Shown: one piece after another, positions 49,809 through 61,811 of the stretch
Layout: each line of letters begins with the position of its first letter
Position numbering within the stretch: the first letter of the stretch is position 1
From: Squalus acanthias
Taxonomy: Eukaryota
Reading direction: 5' to 3'
DNA: 64,000 bases
Assembly: GCA_030390025.1 (NCBI GenBank)
Contig: CM059432.1
Span: 120,840,001 to 120,904,000, forward strand
Made by a program: the position numbers and the translations under genes
Notes under the pieces: generated by a model
Database searches by the model: none
What the model was told of the DNA's origin: nothing
What the model saw: only the letters and a program-made list of their open reading frames with translations

Positions 49809-50939
49809 TTATGCAGTGGCAACATTGTGCGCCTCCCTCCCACGTTGGTGCTGCTGATCCTCCTCTTCATCCTCCTCCTCCTCCTCCTCTCCCTCGTCCT
49901 CCTCCTGAGGTGGTGCACCAATCCCTGGTGGCAATGGCTGGGTCCTCATGATTGCAAGGTTGTGAAGGATGCAGCACACAACAATGAAAAGTGAGACTTG
50001 CTCGGGAGAGTACTGCAGGGCTCCTCCTGAGTGGTCCAGACACTGAAACCATTGTTGCAAGACACCGATCGTCTGCTCTATGAGGTTCCTGATGGCGCTA
50101 TGGCTCTCATTATATTGCAGCTCGGCAGGGGTGTTGGGGTTATGGAGCGGTGTCATCAGCCAGGTGCAGAGTGGATAACCCTTTTCCCCGAGGAGCCAAC
50201 CACAAGGTTGACGCGGTGGTTGGAAGAGATCTGCGACACCAGTCTGGCACAGGATAAAAGCATCATGGCTGCTGCCAAGATGGCGGGCATTGACAGTGAG
50301 GATGAGCTGTCTGTGGTCACAGACCAACTGTACATTTAAAGAGTGGAAGCCGTTGCGATTTCTGAACACCTCTGCATTTTGATGAGGTGCCCGCAATGCC
50401 ACATGCGTGCAGTCAATGGTGCCCTGAACCATGGGGAAGCCCGCTATCCTCGCAAAGCCACATGCGCATTTGCGCTGTTTGTCCCGGGTCATGGGGAAAG
50501 AGATATACTGGCGTCTCCTTTTATACAAAGCATTTGTCACCTCCCGGATGCAACAATGGACAGCAAACTGGGAGATATTCGTTATGTCTCCAGTTGAAGC
50601 CTGGAAGGAGCCGCTGGCATAGAAATTCAAAGCCACCGTCACCTTCACTGCCACTGACAAAGATGTCCTGGTCCTGAGCTGAGGCTGCAGATCTGGTTGC
50701 AGGAGGTGGCAGAGCTCAGTGACAACCTCCTGGCTGAAGCGCAGCCTTCAGAAACACTGCTCCTCAGACAAATGAATATAGGAGAATTGCTCCCGGAATA
50801 CCCTGGGAGGGTAAGATCTCCTGTGCAGAGGCCCGTTGGCCCTCCTCCTTCTGGCCACATTTGCCACTCCATCTCTGCGCCTCTGCTGCCTCCGAAGGTA
50901 AAGCTGGACAATGAAGCCCCGAGTTGGTACAGCCCCCAT
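49809..50939 (-). pseudogene. Harbinger DDE transposase, one in-frame stop, second catalytic D changed to E
   Basis: ORFs 50748-50939 and 49809-50660 are in the same frame; GTIDCTH, LGEKGY and RNLIEQTIG motifs; acidic tail. Confidence 0.92.
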
Positions 50940-51479
50940 TTCATCTTGTAAATGTGGTAAATATGAAGGTCAAGTAAATATTAACCTCAAAAGTCGTGCT
51001 CAGGACCCAAAACTCTTTAGGATAGCGTCCAATCTTCCAGACATCTCTCTCCCTCTCAACCTGCGTGTACCAAAAATTTTGCCAACAAGCAAAGGCAGGA
51101 AGCACCCGCCTTTAAATAGCGCTCCCTTCCCTACTTGAAAACGTTCCCCTCTACCTGTCGTTCTTAACGGCTGGCGGTAAGGCAGGAGGCACTACCGGGG
51201 CTTTGCACGCTCGACTTACGTCACGATCTGCGAGCACAGGAGATCGTGGCGGTAGCGTTTAGCGGCAGTGCCAAATGACTGGTCAATTTCGCGAGCGGTG
51301 CTAAAATTGCCACGCTCGTGCGCTAAGTTCCTAGCGCCCTGTTCGTGTAAATCCACCTTTCTGAGGTGTTTGGAAGAAGACAATAATTTGTGGAGGGATG
51401 CCGGGCAGGGGAGACCCTACTACCCAGATCTGCAGATAGGGGGAGTTAGACCTTGCTTTGGTAGACCACCAGTGCATGT

Positions 51480-51895
51480 TGTGTGTGTCAGCCATGGCAC
51501 TCTCGCCTCTGAGTCAGAAGGTTGTGGGTTCAAAGTCCCACTCCAGAGACTTGAGCCCAAAATCTAGGCTGACGCTCCAGTGCAGTACTGAGGGAGTGCT
51601 ACACTGTCGGAGGTGCCATCTTTCTGATGAGATGTTAAACCGAGATCCTGTTTGCCCTCTCAGGTGGACGTAAAAAATCCTATGGCGCTATTTCAAAGAA
51701 GAGCAGGGGAGTTCTCCCCGGTGTCCTCAATCAACATCACTAAAAAAAAATGATTTGGTCATTATCACATTGTTGTTTGTGGGAGCTTGCTGTGTGCAGA
51801 TTGGCTGCCGCGTTTCCCACATCACAACAGTGACTACACTTCAAAAAGAAGTACTTCTTTGGCTGTAAAGCACTTTGGGACATCCTGGGGTCATA
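51480..51895 (+). mobile_element. Deu-domain SINE
   Basis: tRNA head with partial deletion, then Deu core. Confidence 0.88.
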
Positions 51896-51896
51896 A

Positions 51897-52180
51897 AGAA
51901 AGGCTTGCATTTATATAGCGCCTTTCACGACCACCGGACGTCTCAATGCGCTTTACAGCCAATTAAATACTTTTTTTGAAGTGTAGTCGCTGTTGTAATG
52001 TAGGAAACGCGGCAGCCAATTTGTGCACAGCAAGCTCCCACAAACAGCAATGTGATAATGACCGGATAATCTGTTTTTTTTTTAGTGATGCTGATTGAGG
52101 GATAAATATTGGCCAGGACACCGGGGCAATCTCCCCATCTCTTCTTCGAAATGGTGCCGTGGGATCTTTTACATCCACTT
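51897..52180 (-). mobile_element. Deu-domain SINE 3' half, tail-to-tail with the previous copy
   Basis: CTTGCATTTATATAGCGCC start, colinear with 14245-14515. Confidence 0.88.
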
Positions 52181-52281
52181 GAAAGGCGTTACAGAAATGC
52201 AAGACATTCTTTCTTTCTTTCTTTCTTTCTTTCTCTGCGGAGGCTCCTATTTCCAAAGGAGACGAGGACAGCCGACCCAAT

Positions 52282-52373
52282 GGGGTAGATTTTCAACATG
52301 GAAATGAAAATCAGGCAGCTTTGGATCTGCGACACCAGTCTTACACCTGGGCGACATGTTGAAAATCTGCCCC
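52282..52373. mobile_element. 92-bp Harbinger-type mini-MITE
   Basis: 19-bp TIRs GGGGTAGATTTTCAACATG / CATGTTGAAAATCTGCCCC; flanks AAT and AGT. Confidence 0.7.
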
Positions 52374-53150
52374 AGTGGCACTCCAATGACAGTATGTCAA
52401 TTATTTCAGTCGTACTGCATGAAAGAAGGCCTGCTAGACTGATTAACAGCCTGCCACTCGCCAAGGTGCCACCAACCATAACTATAAGCTCTGGCACTCA
52501 AGTTCCCGTAATTTTTGCCTGTCATTTCTTAGTCTCCCCCCTCTTCAGCCTTTGCAAAGTCTGCTAAGTAGGGAACTGTATTCACAAGGTTCAAGTCAGC
52601 ACAGAGCCAGATGCAGTGCTATGCTTTTTGGTGCAAGCCCATCTGCAGCTACCATGCAACATACGGCTGGCAATGCAGTGACAGCATTAATCAGTTGTGA
52701 CCTATAACTTGGCACCTCCTGTTATTAGATGTACTGCAAAATTAATCTATGGAGACGGCGTCACAGAGTGACACAGAGGACAACCCTCCTAACAGCATTT
52801 CATTCGGTGCCATCTCCACTTCAGAATGCATCGACAGGTGGTCAGGTGCTGTGCTGTTCCATCACTTGCCTGGAGACTGCAGCTTGGTTTTCCGTCCCCT
52901 TCAATCTTAACCGCTGAACTACACTGATTTGTTTCAATACAGCGTTGCGCTGTGCTGAATTAATGGTTTGCCAATACAACAAACTTAACTAAGACATCTG
53001 GATTTTTTTAATACAAAAGGCTGTCTGTTGCAATCCAGAGCAGTTTAAGGGAATCTATGAACATTCCTGCACCTGTAATGCTGCCTTTCATAGTCCTATG
53101 GCCTTGAAATACACTTTGTGGTATTAATATAAAAATACTTAAGGGGGATG

Positions 53151-53305
53151 GGGGGTGAGTTTCCGCAGGGGCTCTCCCATTGGTCCACCGTAACTTTGGT
53201 GGAAGAGCCACGAAAACCCTGGAAAAATGTCAGAAACATAATTTCCGTGATTGTTCTGTAAAGTTACTGTGAACCAGCAGATGCCCCCTGCGGAAATTCA
53301 CCCCC
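53151..53305. mobile_element. 155-bp Harbinger-type mini-MITE
   Basis: TIRs GGGGGTGAGTTTCCGCAGGGG / CCCCTGCGGAAATTCACCCCC. Confidence 0.75.
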
Positions 53306-53649
53306 AATAGGTTCATATGAAATAAAGTATTGCAAGGAATTTACAGCATTGAAACAGGCCATTCGGCCCAACAGGTCCATGCCGGTGTTTATGCTCCATG
53401 AGCCTCCTTCCACCCTGCTTCATCTGACCCCATCAGCATATCCTTCTATTCCTTTCTCCCTCATGTACTTATCTAGCTTCCCCTTAAATGCATCTGTTAT
53501 TTGCCTCAACTACTCCTTGTGGTAGCGAGTTCCACATTCTTACCACTCTTTGGGTGACACTGTTTCTCCTGAATTCCCTATTGGATACATTGTTGACTAT
53601 CTTAGATTTATGGCCCTTAGTTCTGGTCTCCAAACAAATGGAAACATCT

Positions 53650-53885
53650 AATACAAAAGCAAAATACTGCAGATGCTGGAAATCTGAAATAAAAACAGAA
53701 AATGCTGGAAATACTCAGCAGGTCAGGCAGCATCTGTGGAAGAGAAACTGCGTTAACGTTTCAGGTCGATGACCTTTTGTCACAACCCTGACGAAGGGTC
53801 ATCGACTTGAAACGTTAACTCTGTTTCTCTCTCCACAGATGCTGCCAGGCCTGCTGAGTATTTCCAGCATTTTCTGTTTTTATTT
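53650..53885. mobile_element. Inverted Penelope-like pLTR pair with hammerhead core
   Basis: Inverted arms; CTGACGA-AGGGTC-ATC-GACTT-GAAAC-GTTA at 53788-53817; flanking repeat AA(A/G)TGGAAACATCT. Confidence 0.85.
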
Positions 53886-54023
53886 AAGTGGAAACATCTT
53901 CTCTATGTCTACCCTATCAAACCCTTTCATAACTTTTAAGACCTCTATTAGGTCATCACTCATCATTCTCTTTTCCAGAGAAAAGAGCCCCAGCCTGTTC
54001 AATCTTTTCTGATAAGTATAACC

Positions 54024-55080
54024 AAAGATGTGCGGGTTAGGTTGATTTGGCTATGATAAATTGACCCTTAGGGGTAGAAATTAGGTCGCGCCCCATTTGG
54101 GGCGCAAATATCGTCTGGACGCAAATATTAGCGCCTGGCGCTAATTATCGGCACTGACAGGAAACTTCACTTTTACCGCCCCGGGAGGTGAGTGGAGCGC
54201 TAAAGCAGGCGCTGCACACCTGTCTTAAGGCGCAAAGGCCGAGCAGTGAGGCGCTAACTCAGAGCGCTGGCGAAGCTCATGTAATGTCAGTCAGCAATGA
54301 AACACACACACAATGGCACGGGCCAGTTCTTAAAGGGGATGGTTAATCTTGCTTTCCATCCACATCCTGTTCATTGCAGCCTTGAATCTCGGCCTGGAGA
54401 GACTTGCACATCAAATGTGCTGGAAAGAACAATGGAGAGTAACAGGCAAAGAGCTCAGAGTGCAGCTCCCACAGTCTCTGCTAAATCGATACAAGGAATG
54501 GCAAATCAAAATGAACCTGCAAAGTGCTGCTCAGTACCCAAAACTCCTTCCCACAACGTTGAATCTCTCCAGAAGTCTCTCCCTCTCTCTCTCAGAATGC
54601 GTAGTTCAAAAATGCCACCAACAATAAAAGACAGGAAGAGGCCCCCTTTAAATAGCGCCCCCCCCAGCCCCACAGCGATTGATAGCGTTCCAGTCTTCTG
54701 GTCGTTGGATGCGCCAGGCGGTAAGGCAGGGGGCGCCACTCAATTTCCGTTCCGGGGTGCCACAAGGGCGTTGCACCATGGAATGACGTCACAATCTGCG
54801 CGCGCAGGTGGTCGCAGCGGTAAGTTTTAGCGCCGCCGCACAATCTCAAGTTAAGTTCTCGAGCGGCGCAAACATCGCTGCGCACGGGCGTTAGCGGCTT
54901 TGCGCCCCATTAGCGCCCTCTTAAGGCGCTAACGGGAGGCGCAACCAACTGAATTTTTACCCCTTAGTGTTAGGGGGGATTAAATAAGTGGGGTTACGGA
55001 GATAGGGTGGGATATGTGTCGGTGCAGGCTCGATGGGCCGAAATGGCCTCTATCTGCATTGTGGGGATTCTGTGATTCTG
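54024..55080 (+). mobile_element. 5'-truncated HE1-type SINE split by Harbinger
   Basis: 54024-54070 plus 54964-55080 match 27885-28060; GATTCTGT tail. Confidence 0.85.
54071..54963. mobile_element. Non-autonomous Harbinger element (893 bp)
   Basis: TIRs GGGGTAGAAATT / AATTTTTACCCC; canonical TSD TTA (54068-54070, 54964-54966); ends homologous to the 45684 element. Confidence 0.92.
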
Positions 55081-55228
55081 AACCTCTCAGTTCTGGTATC
55101 ATCATCCTTATAAATATTTTTTGCACCTACTCCAGTGCCTCAAAATACTTTTTATAAAATGAAGACCAAAACAGTGCACAGTAGTCTAAGTATGATCTAA
55201 CCAAGGTTCGATACAAGTTTAACATAAG

Positions 55229-55660
55229 TCCAACCCGCCCACTTCTGGGTTTAACAGATGCGGGATAGGGGGCAGGCCACCAACCCGTTCCCAGGAGGCG
55301 AGTTGGCCATTTATAATGAGTCTGGGAGCCTCACTTTTAACCTGTCTTACAGGTAAAAGGTAAGTGCCCTTACAGCACGGCTTGTGGGCCAGGAGGAGCA
55401 GGAGTGCTTCCCCCCCGGTCCCCCAAACTTATCAGCTTCCCTAGGATTGGAACCCCAGCCTCCCCAATCAGATCCCTCCCCCATCCAAAGGCCCCCCCAA
55501 TTGGGGATCGGAAACCCACACCCGGGATCAGACTCTCCGCCCCACACGCCTAATAGCAGCTGCAGGCTCCTTACCTGGGACTGCGGCCTGCTCCGGCGTA
55601 CTCCCTGCCCGACTGGAAGCCAAGCCTGTCAATCAGGCTGACTTCCAGGTGGGGTTCCTG
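55229..55660. mobile_element. Partial Harbinger-type MITE
   Basis: Shares CCGACTGGAAGCCAA(C/G)CTGTCAATCAGGCTGA and GGGATCAGAC blocks with 17522-18019. Confidence 0.5.
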
Positions 55661-55890
55661 TGAAAAAATACTCACACTGTGAAGTTTAAACTCCACCTCC
55701 TCCTCCCTCCCTTTGGTTCCCCTTACACTGCCGACTGACAATCACACACTCACCTTCCTGCATCTGTGCTTTCCTCTGAGGTGTGATTGTACTTTGGAGT
55801 AAACTATCCAGCAATTTCTCCCCCTCCTTTATATGTCGGTGTCTCCAACTCGCACTCCAGGTCAATGATGCTGAGTTGCAGTGTTGCAAG

Positions 55891-56307
55891 TTGTGGTAGC
55901 ATAGTGGTAATGTTACTGTACTAGTAATCCAGAGTGCCTGGACTAATGATTTGTTGAAACATATAGTTCAAATCCCACCACGTGCAACTGGGAATTCAGT
56001 TAAATAATTTTGGATTAAAAAGTTAGAGTGATGGTGGTCATGTAACTTACTGGATTGTTGTAAAAACCCATTTGGTTCACTAATGCCCTTTAGGGGAGGG
56101 AATCTGCCATCCTTATCCAATCTATGTGTGACTCCAGACCCCCAGCATATGTGGTTGATTCTTAACTGCCCTCTGAAATGGCCCAGGAAGGAAGCCATTC
56201 AGTTGTTAAGACAGCTCACCACCACCTTCTCAAGGGCAATTAAGAACAGGCAACAAATGCTGGCCTTGCTAGCAACATCCACATCCTGTGAATGAATTTT
56301 TTTAAAA
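55891..56307 (+). mobile_element. tRNA-derived SINE with LINE-type tail
   Basis: A box GGTAGCATAGTGG, B box AGTTCAAATCC, tail AAATGCTGGCCTTGCTAGCAACATCCACATCC. Confidence 0.7.
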
Positions 56308-56669
56308 CGCAGAGATATTTCCTACAGATGTCGGATTCCGGGAAAGTCTCGTAGTCCACATACTGCAGTTCCGACGTACTGTGGCCGGAATTTCTGTACC
56401 TGGGCAGTCGGCGTGGCGGGTCGCGACCCCGTTGTTGCTTCCATCCTGCTCCAGAAATTGACTTTGCGATAATGGGGCCTATTAAGCCCGCCCTGCAGGT
56501 TACCCAGCCCAATCAAATGGTGCGGGTCTGATGACGTCATCCATGACACGTTTTCAGCCGGGATATTTAAAGGAGCCATGGCCACATTGCATTTGAAGGT
56601 TCATCTAGGAGTGTGCAAGCAGCACAGTGGACAAATCGACAGCTGCAAACAGTTCCACAGCTGACTGCA

Positions 56670-57615
56670 CCCAGGTTCTCCGATGACTCCCTCCATATGC
56701 TTGTGGATTGAGTCAGAGCACACAAGGAAGTCCTCTTCCCTTCGAATGACTGGTAGAGACCTGGCTCCAAATTGCAAAAGAGGTTAATAGCAGGGATGTG
56801 GTCAGGAGGACCTGGGTGTAGTGCCGGAAACGTTTCAATGATCTCTTTAGTGAGCAAGTGAGCAAGAGCAGATGGCGGAGACAGGGACAGCAGTGGAGAC
56901 TCCTCGCTGGAGGGTGCAGGATGCTCCCAGCTCTGCTCAGCTGCATACAGATGCTGAGCCTTGGGGGGCCATCCAGAAAGAGTGTGTTCCTGGAAGTGCA
57001 GCAAGAAGTGCAGGAGGCTTTGGCAGGTTTTGCAAGCGCGATGTCTGCAAATGTGCAGAGAGTGGAGGAGTCTACCTCCAACATGAGCACCGCCGTGCCA
57101 CAGGCGATGGTCACCTACATGGAGCAGCTAATGCTCCACTCACAGGAGCACATGGTATCTCTGGAGAATAGATAGCAGCGGCTCATAGGCCTCCACTCTA
57201 GGAGGGATGTCAGCGTAAACGTGGGTCCTCATGGCCCCATTGATGAGCAGCAAGGTGCTCTCCAGCTCCTTGATAGCAGGGAAATGCAGGTGGCCCATGA
57301 GAGGGATGATGGTGAGAGGGGACATGGAAGTGGGGGCTCCTCTCAAAGTGCTCACACTTCTCCCCCATTGCTCTCCCCCCCCCACCCCCCTCAGTCAGAG
57401 CCCCACATGCCTCCTCGGACAGTGATGGCCAAGTCTGCCCCTTCACAGTCGCAGGAGGAGCAGACTTTGGTGGAGCCATCAGAGGGTCCTAAACCAGAGG
57501 ACGGCCGCCAAAAGTGTCTAAGCAGTCGCAGCAGGGAAGTGAGCAGGCTGCCTCTACCTCTGCTGAAGCCACAGCGGTAGCACCTCGTAGAAGCACACGT
57601 AAGAGAAAGATGACA
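56670..57615 (+). pseudogene. Harbinger Myb/SANT plus coiled-coil gene with internal deletion (exon 1 fused to mid-exon 3)
   Basis: APRFSDDSLHMLVD..KEVLFP..WLQIAKEVN..RRTW..CRKRFNDL, then sequence matching 25178 onward. Confidence 0.82.
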
Positions 57616-57899
57616 TACAAGTAGATTCACAATGGTAACCACTTAGGTGTTTTATTCAATGTTTATGTAATTTTTCCGTTAATGTGCTGTCAAACATAAA
57701 AATCTTTATTTTCACCACTGGACAAATTTGAGTGCACCTTTGGAAGTGGTTTAGTGAGTTGCAGTGAATGGTGTGACAGAACGTTACCTCCAGCAATGGT
57801 GGTCAGTGTGAAAGGAATGGCTTGGTCATTGTAGTGATGCTGTGGGATGGTGCCAACCTGATGCAGCATGTGGCAGCCATATGGGTGTTCTGCATAAAG

Positions 57900-59107
57900 T
57901 TAAGTAAATCTGGCCATGATGAGGCCATCCCTGGCCTGTCGGGCAGCAATTTGCTCGGGTGCTGGTGGGATCTGGCCCGCAGGTTCCTCCAGCTCCTGCT
58001 CCTCCTCATCTTTCCAGCTGATGCTCCTCCTCCTCCTCCTCTGAAGAGCCTGTGTGCCTAGTGCCTTGCTCCTCATGCAGCTCTAATCCTCGCTGCTGTG
58101 CTATGTTGTGCAAGGAGACCCTGGCTGGTGCGTACTGAAGGGCTACTCCAGATCTGTCAAGGCATCTGAAGCGTATTTTCAGCATGCCTATTGTCTGCGC
58201 TGTGACAAATCTGGTGGAAATGTGGCTTTCATTATATCTTTCTTCAGCTTTGGCTCCTCAAGGGTGTCATGAGCCATGTCTTCAGTGGATAGCCTTGTCT
58301 CCAAGCAGCCAGCCGGAAAGTCTGTTTGGAGGAGTGAAGAGCTGAGGGAGGGTGGACTTGCGCAGGATGAATGAGTCATGGCAGTTGCCAGAGAATTTGG
58401 CGCACACATTCATGATGATCTTCCTATGGTTGCAGACCAGCTGCACATTGAGGGAGTGGAAGCCCTTGCGGTTGACAAAGACTCCTGGGTTAGGATGGGG
58501 TGCACTGATGGCCACATGTGCAGTTGATGATGTCCTGCACCCGTGGGAAGTCAGCCAGAGTGGCAAAGCCGAGCACCCACTCAGTAATACTGACTTCATC
58601 AGTGCCAAAGTTGATATAATTGGCTGACTTGTCAAACAGGGCATCAGTGACCTATGTGATGCATCTGTGGGTGGCCGGCTGCGAGATGCCACAAATGTCT
58701 GCTTCAGATCCCTGGAAGGAACCTGAAGCGAAGAGTTTGAGGATGCTGGTGACTTTGACAGCTTCTGGTACGGCGTGTCCACCCGCTCCTCTGGGCTGCA
58801 GGTATTGCTCCACTAATGTGCAAATGTCTGCGACGACCTGACGTGATAGCCTGAGCCTCATTTGGCACTGTTGCTCAGTCATGTTGAGGAAGCTCATTCT
58901 CTGCCTGTATACCCTGTGTTGGGGGTATCGCCTCCGGCACGGTGCAGCCCTGCACTGATGCCCTCTGTCCTGTGCAACATCAGGTGATTGAGGAGAACGT
59001 TGGTGGTGCTGTTGTTGGTGCTGCTGGTGTGCCTGGTGCTGCTGGTGTTGGGGCTCTTCGTGGTCCGATTCTAAGGTCCAAGGTGAGACAGTATAAATGG
59101 CGCCCAT
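57900..59107 (-). pseudogene. Harbinger DDE transposase, frameshifted
   Basis: Q/H-rich N-terminus, [37 protein letters not shown] and LGDK motifs. Confidence 0.9.
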
Positions 59108-59509
59108 GCTGATGGAATAGATGGCAGGTCAAGTAGAGATGAGAGAAGCAAGCTGTCAATGGTGTGATAGGTTCTACCAATGAGGTGAGACTGGATGGCG
59201 ACTTTGCTGGAAACACTTGCAGCCTGTAGAAAGCTAAATCTGTGCTGGGAATACAGTCAGCAACAGCTTCTGCCTGAGGAAAGAGATCAGCTGTGAAGTG
59301 AGAGCTTTTATAAGAACATAAGAACATAAGAAATAAGAGCAGGAGTAGGCCAATCGGCCCCTCGAGCCTGCTCCGCCATTCAATAAGATCATGGCTGATC
59401 TGATCCTAACCTCAAATCTAAAGAACACAAGAAGTAGGAGCAGGACCCAGCCACTCAGCCCCTGGGCCCGCTCCACCACCCACAGGGCCTTCACCATCCG
59501 AACTCAGCC

Positions 59510-61774
59510 TCATGTCCAATTTCCTGCCCGCTCACCGTAACCCCTAATTCCCTTTACCTCTGGGAAACTATCTATTTCTGTTTTAAATTTATTTAATGAT
59601 GTAGCTTCCACAGCTTCCTGGGGCAGCAAATTCCACAGACCTACTACCCTCTGAGTGAAGAAGTTTCTCCTCATCTCAGTTTTGAAAGAGCTGCCCCTTA
59701 TTCTAAGATTATGCCCCCTAGTTCTAGTTTCACCCATCCTTGGGAACATCCTTACCGCATCCACCCGATCAAGCCCCTTCACAATCTTATATGTTTCAAT
59801 AAGATCGCCTCTCATTCTTCTGAACTCCAATGAGTAGAGTCCCAATCTACTCAACCTCTCCTCATATGTCCACCCCCTCATCCCCGGGATTAACCGAGTG
59901 AACCTTCTTTGTACTGCCTCGAGAGCAAGTATGTCTTTTCTTAAGTATGGACACCAAAACTGTATGCAGTATTCCAGGTGCGGTCTCACCAATACCTTAT
60001 ATAACTGCAGCAATACCTCCCTGTTTTTATAATCTATCCCCCTAGTAATAAAAGCCAACATTCCCTTGGCCTTCTTGATCACCTGCTCCACCTGCATACT
60101 AACTTTTTGATTTTCTTGCACTAGGACCCCCAGATCCCTTTGTACTGCAGTACTTTCCAGTTTCTCGCCATTAAGATAATAACTTGCTCTCTGATTTTTC
60201 CTGCCAAAGTGCATAACCTCACATTTTCCAATATTGTATTGCATCTGCCAAATCTCCGCCCACTCACCCAGCCTGTCTATATCCCCTTGTAGATTTTTTA
60301 TGTCCTCCTCACTTTCTACTTTCCCTCCCATCTTTGTATCATCTGCAAACTTTGATATGTTACACTCGGTCCCCTCCTCCAAATCGTTAATATAGATTGT
60401 AAAGAGTTGGGGACCCAGCACCGACCCCTGCGGAACACCACTGGCTATTGGTTGCCAGTCCGAGAATGAACCATTTATCCCAACTCTCTGCTTCCTGTTA
60501 GATAACCAATCCTCCACCCATGCCAGAATATTACCCCCAATCCAGTGATTTTTTATCTTGAGCAATAATCTTTTATGTGGCACCTTGTCGAATGCCTTCT
60601 GGAAGTCTAAATACACTACGTCCACTGGTTCCCCTTTATCCATCCTGTACGTTATGTCCTCAAAGAACTCAAGCAAATTTGTCAGACATGACTTCCCCTT
60701 TATAAAGCCATGCTGACTTTGTCCTATTAAATTATGTTTATCTAAATGTTCTGTTACTGTCTCCTTAATAATAGACTCCAAAATGTTACCCACCACAGAT
60801 GTTAGGCTAACTGGTCTATAATTTCCAGCCTTCTGCCTACTACCCTTTTTAAATAAGGGTGTTACATTAGCAGTTTCCCAATCTGCCGGGACCTTTGCTG
60901 AGTCCAGGGAATTTTGGAAAAATATTACCAAAGCATCCACAATCCCTACTGCCACTTCCCTCAAGACCCTAGGATGTAAGCCATCAGGTCCAGGGGATTT
61001 ATCTGCCTTGAGTCCCATTATTTTACTGAGTACCAATTCCTTAGTGATTTTAATCGTATTTAGCTCCTCCCCCCCTAGAGCCCCCTGTTTGTCCAGTGTT
61101 GGGATATTCTTAGTGTCCTCTACCGTAAAGACTGAAACAAAATATTTGTTCAGCATTTTTGCCATCTCCATGTTTCCCACCATTAATTTCCCGGTCTCAT
61201 CCTCTAAGAGACCTACGTTTGCCTTAGCCACCCTTTTTCTTTTTATATTACTATAGAAACTCTTGCTATCTGTTTTTATATTTTTTGCTAATTTATTTTC
61301 ATAATCTATCTTCCCTTTCTTAATCAATCCTTTAGTTACTTTTTGCTGTCTTTTGAAGACTTCCCAATCTTCTATCCTCCCACTAAGTTTGGCTACCTTA
61401 TATGTCCTTGCTTTTAGTCGGATACTATTCTTAATTTCATTACTTAGCCACGGATGGCTGTCATTTCTTTTACACCCTTTTTTCCTCAGTGGAATATATT
61501 TCTTTTGAAAGTAGTAAAATAACTCCTTAAATGAACACCACTGCTTATGTACTGTCTTACCCTTTAATCTATTTTCCCAGTCCACTTTAATCAATTCTGC
61601 TCTCATACCATCATAGTCTCCTTTATTTGAGCTCAGTACGCTTGTTTGAGAACCAACCTTCTCACCCTCTAATTGGATATGGAATTCAACCATGTTATGG
61701 TCACTCATTCCAAGGGGATCCTTTACTAGGACATTATTAATTAATCCTGACTCATTACACAGGACCAGGTCCAA
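59510..61774 (-). CDS. CR1 ORF2 remnant: open 754-aa RT frame lacking most of the APE domain
   Basis: Begins at the APE C-terminus (DLVL..SDHN); [26 protein letters not shown] and FADD; no stops. Confidence 0.92.
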   Translation of the reverse strand: MDLVLCNESGLINNVLVKDPLGMSDHNMVEFHIQLEGEKVGSQTSVLSSNKGDYDGMRAELIKVDWENRLKGKTVHKQWCSFKELFYYFQKKYIPLRKKGCKRNDSHPWLSNEIKNSIRLKARTYKVAKLSGRIEDWEVFKRQQKVTKGLIKKGKIDYENKLAKNIKTDSKSFYSNIKRKRVAKANVGLLEDETGKLMVGNMEMAKMLNKYFVSVFTVEDTKNIPTLDKQGALGGEELNTIKITKELVLSKIMGLKADKSPGPDGLHPRVLREVAVGIVDALVIFFQNSLDSAKVPADWETANVTPLFKKGSRQKAGNYRPVSLTSVVGNILESIIKETVTEHLDKHNLIGQSQHGFIKGKSCLTNLLEFFEDITYRMDKGEPVDVVYLDFQKAFDKVPHKRLLLKIKNHWIGGNILAWVEDWLSNRKQRVGINGSFSDWQPIASGVPQGSVLGPQLFTIYINDLEEGTECNISKFADDTKMGGKVESEEDIKNLQGDIDRLGEWAEIWQMQYNIGKCEVMHFGRKNQRASYYLNGEKLESTAVQRDLGVLVQENQKVSMQVEQVIKKAKGMLAFITRGIDYKNREVLLQLYKVLVRPHLEYCIQFWCPYLRKDILALEAVQRRFTRLIPGMRGWTYEERLSRLGLYSLEFRRMRGDLIETYKIVKGLDRVDAVRMFPRMGETRTRGHNLRIRGSSFKTEMRRNFFTQRVVGLWNLLPQEAVEATSLNKFKTEIDSFPEVKGIRGYGERAGNWT

Positions 61775-61811
61775 GGTTGCTTGCCCCCTTGTAGGATCAG
61801 TTACATACTGC

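Larger units (their letters stand above)
45684..51345 (+). mobile_element. Two-gene PIF/Harbinger transposon with nested CR1; right TIR lost
   Basis: GGGGGAAAAATTGGG left end; both subterminal regions resemble the non-autonomous copy 54071-54963; convergent Myb and transposase genes. Confidence 0.88.
53330..55228 (-). mobile_element. CR1 3' fragment split by pLTR, HE1 and Harbinger insertions
   Basis: Pieces 53330-53649, 53886-54023 and 55081-55228 are colinear with 63250-63840. Confidence 0.85.

Noticed and set aside
52750..52840. Possible coding exon METASQSDTEDNPP...
   Set aside because: Weak donor, no partner exons and no recognisable homology
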